The position numbers were made by a program, and so were the translations under genes. The notes below the pieces were generated by a model, which saw only the letters and a program-made list of their open reading frames with translations, had not been told where the DNA came from and ran no database searches. DNA of 64,000 nucleotides from a virus: the IMG/VR virus record IMGVR_UViG_3300020411_003736, positions 1-64,000 of that record; one strand, given 5' to 3'. Positions 38,473 through 45,830 of the stretch are shown in pieces (position 1 is the first letter of the stretch; every line of letters begins with the position of its first letter).

Positions 38473-39158
38473 TTAAGTTAAAAGATTTATTAAACGAAGG
38501 AAAGTACACAGTTTATTTTGATGTTGGTTCACCTGGCTTAATGTCTAAAACTGTTAGTGCAAGAAATGAAAAGGAAGCTGCTAAACAAGTTGCTAGTGGA
38601 TTAAAGGGTGGCGCAAAACTTATTAAAAAAGTGGTAAAGGAAGGAACTGGTCTTACATATAAAAAAGGTAAGACAGTAAAGGTTAAACATAAAACATCTG
38701 GAAAAAGTATTGTTATTATAGATAAACCAAATGTAAGAAGAGAATATGAAAAAATAGGATTTTTTGCTGAAGGAAGTTGTGGGTATGGAATAGATGGAAA
38801 GGTTGGTAAAAAGCCAGCAGGTCCTCATTTGTTAAAAAAGAAGAAAAAAATATTAAAATCAAGAGTACATGAAGCACCAGGTAAATCTGGCAAAGATGAA
38901 TATGTTGGTACTGCTAGAGTTAAAGTAGAGCCTGGTACATATAAAGGTCAAAGAGTTAATTTTCACGATGTATCAATGTATCGTGACCATAAAAAACCAT
39001 ATCATTATTATTTGACAATTAGACTTGCTCACTCTGATGGTAAGAAAGTTGATATGGTGATAAGTACAGGCACACATATTCTAAAAAAAGCTGGTAAGTG
39101 GGCACAAGGATTTATTAAGAGAAGAGTTGGTGGGACTGGTAAAGAGAGATTTCAATAA
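38469..39158 (+). CDS. MIKLKDLLNE-leader basic protein (possible internal head protein)
   Basis: Lys-rich, modular segments separated by xxE|G/A sites (LLNE|G, VVKE|G, FFAE|G, RVHE|A). Confidence 0.55.
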   Translation: MIKLKDLLNEGKYTVYFDVGSPGLMSKTVSARNEKEAAKQVASGLKGGAKLIKKVVKEGTGLTYKKGKTVKVKHKTSGKSIVIIDKPNVRREYEKIGFFAEGSCGYGIDGKVGKKPAGPHLLKKKKKILKSRVHEAPGKSGKDEYVGTARVKVEPGTYKGQRVNFHDVSMYRDHKKPYHYYLTIRLAHSDGKKVDMVISTGTHILKKAGKWAQGFIKRRVGGTGKERFQ

Positions 39159-39298
39159 TGACTAAACATTTAAAAGAAACAAACATGGGTTATTTTAAAC
39201 ATTGGTGGAGAGCTATGAAGTTAAGTGGTGCACTATTTATTCATGCATTCTTACCTGATGTTTTAAGTGATTACGCAAGTAAGGAGTTACAGAAATGA
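39158..39298 (+). CDS. Small protein (46 aa)
   Basis: MTKHLKETNMGYFKHWWRAM..FIHAFLP; overlaps both neighbours' stop/start codons. Confidence 0.6.
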   Translation: MTKHLKETNMGYFKHWWRAMKLSGALFIHAFLPDVLSDYASKELQK

Positions 39299-39570
39299 GT
39301 AATGTATTAACATTAACACTAAAGAAGAAATACTTTGACGCAATATTAAGTGGTGAGAAAACAATAGAGTATAGGGATATAACTGATTATTGGAGACCAC
39401 GATTGGAGAATAAAGATTATGATACTATTCTATTTAGGAATGGATATAGTCCTGATTCACCTACAATGACTGTAGAGTATAAAGAATTAACAATAGATAG
39501 ACAATCTAATCCAAACCGATACGCATTAGTGTTGGGAGAAGTATTAGATTCTGCAAATTTGAAGAACTGA
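39295..39570 (+). CDS. ASCH/PUA-domain protein
   Basis: LKKKYFDAILSGEKTIEYR..FRNGY. Confidence 0.8.
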   Translation: MSNVLTLTLKKKYFDAILSGEKTIEYRDITDYWRPRLENKDYDTILFRNGYSPDSPTMTVEYKELTIDRQSNPNRYALVLGEVLDSANLKN

Positions 39571-39599
39571 TAACCTTAAACAAAAGGAGTGAGAAGTAA

Positions 39600-39887
39600 A
39601 TGGGACTATTTGGTAATGACGCTGAGTTAGAAGCTAAGATAACTCAAATTGAACAGAATATATCTGTAATAGAAGAACGGATTACACAACTTAATGTTGA
39701 TGTAGAGAGTTCTTATTCAGATATAAAGAACGATATCCAAAGGTTAAAAACAAATACATTGGAGAGTCTTGAGATACCAGAGCCTGTAGTTACATCCACA
39801 ATAGATGAATCCAAACTAAGTGATTTGGAACAAAGGTTAGAAACAATAGAGAAGAGATTAATGATTGGTGGATGGGCACCTAAGTAG
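39600..39887 (+). CDS. Coiled-coil hypothetical protein
   Basis: AAGGAG RBS. Confidence 0.55.
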   Translation: MGLFGNDAELEAKITQIEQNISVIEERITQLNVDVESSYSDIKNDIQRLKTNTLESLEIPEPVVTSTIDESKLSDLEQRLETIEKRLMIGGWAPK

Positions 39888-40056
39888 AAATATCTTTTAT
39901 CTTTTTACCACTATCTATATAATCCATAATATAACGCTCTATATCTTTAGGTCTAATATATAACCCAAACATCTTTATTGAACCCTTCTTATTGCTGAGT
40001 AGTTCTTGTTCTAAACACATTCGTTTAAATAGGTACTTAGCTAAATCATCTAACAT
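39880..40056 (-). CDS. Hypothetical protein (58 aa)
   Basis: MLDDLAKYLFKRMC...; below the ORF-track cutoff. Confidence 0.4.
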   Translation of the reverse strand: MLDDLAKYLFKRMCLEQELLSNKKGSIKMFGLYIRPKDIERYIMDYIDSGKKIKDIST

Positions 40057-40070
40057 TCTGCTAATATAAT

Positions 40071-40118
40071 CTATTTACAATCACATCCACAATCGCAACA
40101 TTCACAACACTTACACAT
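40071..40118 (-). CDS. 15-aa Cys-rich micropeptide MCKCCECCDCGCDCK (metallothionein-like)
   Basis: GGAG RBS 6 nt upstream of ATG; ATATTTAT late motif at 40148-40155. Confidence 0.55.
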   Translation of the reverse strand: MCKCCECCDCGCDCK

Positions 40119-40254
40119 AATTTTCTCCAGTTTTATTATACACATAGATAAATATAAAAAAGCTATACTGAAAAAAACCTGGCTCGGTATTCGTGTCGAT
40201 TTAGCGTGGGCCTCACACCTCTTCGATCGGTGGACAACCAAATGAAGATGTCGG

Positions 40255-40450
40255 TGTGGGGGTCGGGTGGTGTTTAGGTGTGGGGTAGTTGGTGGGTGGT
40301 AAAATCGAAACAAAATCGACAACATCGGAAATCGATTTGTAGGTCGGGTGGTGTGTTGTGTAAATGGTTGGTGGGTAGTAAAATCCCCTAAATCGGATTT
40401 GTCGGAAATAGGGCGGGTGGTGTGTTGTGTAAGTGGTTGGTGGATAGGGT
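40255..40450. repeat. Three imperfect G/T-rich direct repeats (CGGGTGGTGT...GTTGGTGG)
   Basis: Units start at about 40262, 40343 and 40413; extreme G skew; non-coding. Confidence 0.75.
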
Positions 40451-40616
40451 GATAGGTGTGATTGGGTTAACCATCACTTTACCATTCTTCACGCCTTCCA
40501 AAATTATTTTTGTTTATTCTTTTTTTAAGGTGTCGTTTATACCACCAAAAAAAATATATCTTTTGTATCCTATCTATTATGTAATGTATAAAATTAACCA
40601 TAGTAACTCCCACGCC

Positions 40617-40817
40617 TTATTGAGACTCAATCTCAATAAATAATTCTAATTGGTTTGGGTTGGGTTTCATAGGTCGAAACCAATTACCATATTCATCAAT
40701 CCAATTTTCCCAACCATAAGAAGTCATTTGTATTTCTATACATTCCAACATATATGGTGTTAGATTGTCGTGTGATTCTAATGTGATTGGTAATTTACTA
40801 TGTCTTATTTTCTTCAT
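40617..40817 (-). CDS. Hypothetical protein
   Basis: ORF track; ends NQLELF-like motif. Confidence 0.45.
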   Translation of the reverse strand: MKKIRHSKLPITLESHDNLTPYMLECIEIQMTSYGWENWIDEYGNWFRPMKPNPNQLELFIEIESQ

Positions 40818-40955
40818 TCATTTTTCTTTACATATTAGTAATATCAGATATATCTTATATTACTCATTCGTAAAATGGAAGTGCCTCTTTTTAATAGAAT
40901 AGGTGGGGTAAGAAAAAGGAGGAAACTCACCCCACCACACGATGGGTAAATGAAC

Positions 40956-42104
40956 TTAGTCACTCACCTCATCAAATAATTCTTCATCACTTCCATCACT
41001 CACAAACTTTTGAACGATTTGTTTGACAAAGGTTCTTTCGGAATCAACACCACCACTACTATCGTATTGTGGGTAGATTGTGATATCCGCGGATTCTTCC
41101 AAAGTGAATCCATCAAATAATAGTGATACTATTTCAACAGAAGTTCGAGTTGAGATACCACTACTAATTCGTGGATTATCATTTAGTGATTCCATTCGTG
41201 TCATATGAGATATTTTACTTACATTAGAAACTAATGTCTCATCTACAGATGGAAACATATATCTGAGTAATCCGAACTCTTCTTCTTCATTTAGTAAATC
41301 CATTTCAATAGTAGTGAACCTATCCATAAGTGCCTTATCTAATTGTCGGGTCGCGGTATACTCATTACCTATGTTCGCCGTGGCGACAAATGTAACTCCA
41401 TCAGATACCTTTATTGTATCCGAACCATCTTTTTCATCCAACCTTAAATATCTTTGTCCATAATCCAAAACAGACATTAGGATATTCCACGCATCGGGAT
41501 GTGCCCGCGTCAACTCATCCAATAGTATGATTGAGTTTGGAGTTTGTATCGCCTTTACAAAAAGTGATTCCGAAAAGTAAGTTCCTTTTTTGGAATCGAA
41601 ATGTGTATTTCCAATTAGGGTACTTCGTGGATCTTGTGTACTTCCCAAATTGAAGTAGAAAGATTCCCTATCCAAAGAATTGATTAAGGATTTCGCCGCG
41701 AGTGTCTTACCACACCCCGCTTGCCCTGTCATCATAATATTCTTACCTCTAATCGCAGACCTTATGAGATATTTCCACTTCAACTCTTTCATCACCAAAT
41801 CTTTTGGTTTGAGTTTATATGAAGTTGAAATGAAGTTCATCACTTCTTCGTGTTCAGATGGTATTTCGACATCCGAAGATGGTGGTGTAGTATATGTACT
41901 TCCCATACTATCGAATTGTGACATTGGGACTTTCCACCAATATATCCTTCCACCCTTCCCAACTCTTTGTTCTAAGGCCATACCCGCGTTAAAGGCGGAT
42001 TTTCGTGTGGATGTGAGAATCTCTGAAGTCCTTTTGACTCCATTCTGATCCCACGCATTGAATCTGTTCCCACTTTTTTCAATTTTAACGATTGTTGAAT
42101 TCAT
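40956..42104 (-). CDS. MoxR/CbbQ/NirQ-type AAA+ ATPase
   Basis: Walker A GQAGCGKT, Walker B ILLDELTR, ATAN, LDKALMDRF. Confidence 0.88.
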   Translation of the reverse strand: MNSTIVKIEKSGNRFNAWDQNGVKRTSEILTSTRKSAFNAGMALEQRVGKGGRIYWWKVPMSQFDSMGSTYTTPPSSDVEIPSEHEEVMNFISTSYKLKPKDLVMKELKWKYLIRSAIRGKNIMMTGQAGCGKTLAAKSLINSLDRESFYFNLGSTQDPRSTLIGNTHFDSKKGTYFSESLFVKAIQTPNSIILLDELTRAHPDAWNILMSVLDYGQRYLRLDEKDGSDTIKVSDGVTFVATANIGNEYTATRQLDKALMDRFTTIEMDLLNEEEEFGLLRYMFPSVDETLVSNVSKISHMTRMESLNDNPRISSGISTRTSVEIVSLLFDGFTLEESADITIYPQYDSSGGVDSERTFVKQIVQKFVSDGSDEELFDEVSD

Positions 42105-42124
42105 CGTTTTTTCTCCTTTTTCTG

Positions 42125-42175
42125 ATACCTAAATTTACTCACTAAATACTATATGAGTCAAGCTTTTTTTTCACT
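42125..42175 (-). promoter_or_regulatory. Early-type promoter TTGACT-N18-TAAATTTAG
   Basis: Promoter family motif upstream of the AAA gene. Confidence 0.7.
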
Positions 42176-42194
42176 TTTTTTCAATAAATCGCGA

Positions 42195-42520
42195 GGTGGG
42201 GAAGAGGTCTTATTGACATCGCCTTCCTCACCCACCGAAATTTTCAGAGGGAATTAGTCGTCACCATTCCCTCTATATCTTAACTCACCGAATGACTATT
42301 CCCGTCGGAATTCATTACAAAGTGTTTAAGAAGTCTTTAAAAAATCTTTGGGAGTCTTTGTCAATGAGTTCTCCCTTTTCTCATCACCTCTGAAAATTTT
42401 ATCATCACCACGAGGATTTTTATGATGATGGTTGGTACATTCTACTCCTTAGTTCGTATTTACCGGCCCAACTCGGTGAACTTCAAATAGGGTATCATTT
42501 AAGTCATCTAAGTCTCAATT
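42195..42520 (-). ncRNA. Candidate structured ncRNA
   Basis: Own promoter (42546-42590); 13-bp long-range helix, pseudoknot, several hairpins; no long ORF. Confidence 0.5.
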
Positions 42521-42545
42521 CCTTTTTTTTATCTCTCTCATTACA

Positions 42546-42590
42546 CCCAAATGTACCCATAAAATGCAATATGAGTCAAGGTTTTTTTTC
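42546..42590 (-). promoter_or_regulatory. Early-type promoter TTGACT-N18-TACATTTGG
   Basis: Promoter family motif with no protein gene directly downstream. Confidence 0.65.
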
Positions 42591-42975
42591 ACTTTTTTTC
42601 ACTTTTTTTTACCATAAGTTATCCCCCCCACGCCTTATTGAGACTCATTATCAATAAGTGTAACTATAGTAATATTAAGACTTACGACACGCATTTTGTT
42701 GAGTCTCAATAACATTTGAGTAATTAATCCAAAACTCTAAGTTATGGTAAAGTGTGGAATATACATAAAGTTATCCTTAAAGTCAAGCTTTTTATATCGA
42801 TATATTGTTTTATATACCAAAAATTTTAAAGTGGCGTGCGTGTGTCCATAGTATTTTGGATTCTATAGTATATTATATTAACCCTAATTAAAATATATAT
42901 TAGGGTTTTATGAAGTGGGTAATTGTGGTTTAAAGTGGTAACTTATGGTTAAGTACCACTATTATAAGGTATATC

Positions 42976-43191
42976 TTAATCTTCTATAAAATATTTGACT
43001 AAAACGGCGAGTTTATCCTCATATTCTGCCATTTTCTCTAATTCTTTTTCGATTGTCTCCATAGTATCTGGATGTTCCGCCACACCCACACCATTTTCAA
43101 TCATTATATTGATATTAACTTTATGTTTATTAATTTGGGATTCAAAGTAATCTTTCAATCCTTCCATTATATCATCTCTAAAGTTATTCAT
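42976..43191 (-). CDS. Conserved small phage protein
   Basis: GVGVAEHPDTMETIEKEL motif common in marine myoviruses. Confidence 0.65.
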   Translation of the reverse strand: MNNFRDDIMEGLKDYFESQINKHKVNINIMIENGVGVAEHPDTMETIEKELEKMAEYEDKLAVLVKYFIED

Positions 43192-43387
43192 ATCCTCACC
43201 TCTCTCAATGTCTTAACATATTTCCACGCATCACCCATTGTTTTGGAAATGTACTCTTTCGCATCTTCTTCATTTAGTGCGAGAAATGTGTACCCTTCAT
43301 CGGTTCTCCACCTCTTATAGTGTGAGAATTGTTTTGATTTTTTATCTTTCTTTTGTCTCTTCATATTATGTGTCTAACTTCCTTATT

Positions 43388-43600
43388 TTATTTGTTTTTA
43401 TTTGTGAGTGAAATTTGGGTTCGAATCCATTCATCATATATCTTATCTATCTGTTCATCATCATATCCTCTCTTCTGGAATGCATCTTCTCTACTCATAT
43501 ATGTCATAGGTACATCGGATAGATTATACTCCCTACCATATGTATCTACAAATATTCTTTCCTTTAACCATTTAGGTTTATACTCTCTGTATGTTATCAT
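43388..43600 (-). CDS. Hypothetical protein
   Basis: Packed ORF. Confidence 0.5.
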   Translation of the reverse strand: MITYREYKPKWLKERIFVDTYGREYNLSDVPMTYMSREDAFQKRGYDDEQIDKIYDEWIRTQISLTNKNK

Positions 43601-43601
43601 C

Positions 43602-43805
43602 TTAATTCATGTCCTTTTTAACTTTAGGTTCATAGTATACTTTATCATAACAATTTAAACATAATTGTCCACACCCTTCTATATATCCCAATCTGAAATC
43701 CAAATGTTCATCTATGTCAAATTGAGTTTCACAATCACATATCACGCATTTATCTTTAGGTTTTATCTCTTCTTCTATTCCAATTGTCATTAATGGTTTT
43801 CTCAT
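43602..43805 (-). CDS. Small Zn-finger-like protein
   Basis: CVIC...YIEGCGQLCLNC. Confidence 0.55.
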   Translation of the reverse strand: MRKPLMTIGIEEEIKPKDKCVICDCETQFDIDEHLDFRLGYIEGCGQLCLNCYDKVYYEPKVKKDMN

Positions 43806-44050
43806 TTTACTAAATTATATCCTTCTATTAAATCCTCTACTTCATCTGTATTAGGAAATCTCCCAACCTCTTCCTTACTAAACAACATAGATGTCGCGTT
43901 ATTTGTGTGTAGAAACTTTACATTAAATATTCCATCCGAACCTTGTATTAAATCTACTTCTACTCCGAATCTATTTACTAAACTTTCCCTTAAACTAAGG
44001 GCTTGAAATTCATACCCTCATTGAGTACAATACTCTATAGTGATTTTCAT
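43802..44050 (-). CDS. Rdx/SelW-family selenoprotein (82 aa, UGA = Sec at codon 11)
   Basis: MKITIEYCTQU*GYEFQALSLRESL...GSDGIFNV...LFSKEEVGRFP: the Rdx family signature with CxxU. In-frame TGA at 44018-44020; hairpin CCCUUA-GUU-UAAGGG 17-31 nt downstream. Confidence 0.85.
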
Positions 44051-44148
44051 CTATTTATCCATTTATACATTCTAAGAATCTTTTTAATATTCTTTTTATC
44101 TTATTCCTTTCACCTCTATTTCTTTCCCATAATAGAAATAACTCTTCT

Positions 44149-44334
44149 CTAAGTTTTGCCTCCGCTGACTCGCTCATTACTCTCTAATTCCTTTAACTCT
44201 TTTTCCAAACCTTCAATCATCCAACCATCCAAATGTCCTTTGGCTGTCAATTGTTGTTTGATGTGTTCTATTCTTTCCTTTCTCTTTAACTCTAAGGACA
44301 TCCCCTCTATCCAATTAGAAACTTGCTTCATCAA
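44149..44334 (-). CDS. Hypothetical protein
   Basis: Packed ORF. Confidence 0.45.
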   Translation of the reverse strand: MMKQVSNWIEGMSLELKRKERIEHIKQQLTAKGHLDGWMIEGLEKELKELESNERVSGGKT

Positions 44335-44597
44335 CCTCTTAACTCATAGTCTGAATATAAATCATCTTCCAATTCATCTTTCTTCTTACCTAATCTCCTA
44401 ATGATGTCCGACTCTTCCTTATCGGGACTAATACTTTCGGTTTTTTGTGCTATGTCAATACAATGAACCAAAAACTTCAATTGTTTTTCACTTAACGCAA
44501 TTCCATAACTTTTCTCCACATTTGGATTCATATAATTATGAACTTCACCAATTGTAAATTTCTCTTTCATTATTCTTTCTCCAAGGTTATTCCGCAT
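44331..44597 (-). CDS. Hypothetical protein
   Basis: Packed ORF; real start probably MKEKF. Confidence 0.45.
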   Translation of the reverse strand: MRNNLGERIMKEKFTIGEVHNYMNPNVEKSYGIALSEKQLKFLVHCIDIAQKTESISPDKEESDIIRRLGKKKDELEDDLYSDYELRG

Positions 44598-44815
44598 CCT
44601 TCCAACAACTCATCTAATGATATACCATCATCATATTCTTTACATTTTTGCATTTCTTCTACTAAGGGTACTAAAAACTTTTCATTTATTTCGGGCCGTT
44701 CTTCTATCAATCCCATAATAACAATTAATAATTGATTCATCACATCCCCATTCACCACATACTTATTTTCTCTAGCAAATGAGTAATAATCATAAAACTC
44801 GTTGTTAAACATCAC
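44570..44815 (-). CDS. Hypothetical protein
   Basis: Packed ORF. Confidence 0.45.
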   Translation of the reverse strand: MMFNNEFYDYYSFARENKYVVNGDVMNQLLIVIMGLIEERPEINEKFLVPLVEEMQKCKEYDDGISLDELLEGCGITLEKE

Positions 44816-44821
44816 ATCATC

Positions 44822-45103
44822 TTAAGCTTGCCCAATCTTATCATTCATTAAATCTTCCATAATTTGTTTCATCATATGGATTTCTTTAATTTCTTCAAAA
44901 CTCAATGCTTCCATCTCTTCTTCATTATGTTGTAACAATTGAGCTTTACTGATAACATCCACCAAATCTTCCGTAATACATTCTAATGAATCTTTTGTAG
45001 TATCATCTATATTAGAACCTTCTACAATTAATTCAATCAACCTATCTACCACGGTAGTTAGTTTTTTAGTGTCTAATTTTGGATTTGTTAAAGTATTTCT
45101 CAT
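44822..45103 (-). CDS. Hypothetical protein
   Basis: Probable start MRNTL directly after late motif at 45111-45118; ends KIGQA. Confidence 0.45.
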   Translation of the reverse strand: MRNTLTNPKLDTKKLTTVVDRLIELIVEGSNIDDTTKDSLECITEDLVDVISKAQLLQHNEEEMEALSFEEIKEIHMMKQIMEDLMNDKIGQA

Positions 45104-45188
45104 ATCAACTATAAATATCTTCTTTTTCATACAAACCTGAGAACTATTTCGTATATATAGTGCCCCAACAAATTTTGGCTCCACTCTC

Positions 45189-45659
45189 TCATTTGAGAGG
45201 CATTTTCCCCCAACCCGTTAAATTTCTCGCTTTCAACCCACTCTCAAAATTATCAACCCAATCTTTTGATTCTTTAAGAGTTGGTATGTTCCCCTTACCA
45301 TTTAACCTTTCCATTTCTTTTCTGTATATTTTTATTGCTTCTATCTTCATACCCTTCTGTAATTTTTTTTCTATCTGATACTCCAATTGTGATTGAAAAG
45401 AACCATCAACTTCGCCATTCCACACCTTACGCCTATATTTCCAAATGATATTAGCCCTTCTCATTATATCTGCAATTTCTTCCTCTGTTAATTCATCATA
45501 ATTCGCAGCAACATTCGCTGTCATTACATAAGCCTCAGAGGAAAATGAAGAGAATAAATGATCATCGGTAGGTTTTATGTCTGGCTCTGTTGCCTTACAT
45601 AACTTTAATAACCTCTGGAGTCTTTCATACATCCATTCTTTTTTGTTACTACTAGGCAA
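45189..45659 (-). CDS. Protein with C-terminal ribosomal L7/L12 CTD-like domain
   Basis: KIEAIKIYRKE...TLKESKDWVD resembles bL12 K-x-x-VIK-x-VR...GLKEAKDLVE. Confidence 0.55.
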   Translation of the reverse strand: MPSSNKKEWMYERLQRLLKLCKATEPDIKPTDDHLFSSFSSEAYVMTANVAANYDELTEEEIADIMRRANIIWKYRRKVWNGEVDGSFQSQLEYQIEKKLQKGMKIEAIKIYRKEMERLNGKGNIPTLKESKDWVDNFESGLKARNLTGWGKMPLK

Positions 45660-45830
45660 TTATTTAACTATCTCATCCAATTTCAATTTTAACCTACTAA
45701 CCCAACTACCTTCTTTCTGAATCACCACAACATTTTCACCATCTATACTCTCGACCTCATACAAACCATCAATCCCAACCTTTAAAACTTTTACCCAATC
45801 TCCTACTTTTATTTCCTTTTTTTCTTTCAT

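Larger units (their letters stand above)
37789..38489 (+). repeat. 22-nt repeat AATGATTAAGTTAAAAGATTTA at gene starts
   Basis: Exact at 37789, 38205 and 38468; variant at 38018. Confidence 0.85.

Noticed and set aside
40071-40325. 84-aa ORF as given in the track
   Set aside because: The upstream part is the antisense of G-rich repeats; RBS and promoter support only the last 15 codons.
40255-40450. CRISPR array
   Set aside because: Only three degenerate units with irregular spacing and no cas genes; the same applies to the 22-nt MIKLK repeats, which are separated by whole genes.
42195-42520. tmRNA assignment
   Set aside because: Pseudoknot present, but no tRNA-Ala-like acceptor/T-arm and no tag ending in Ala-Ala.
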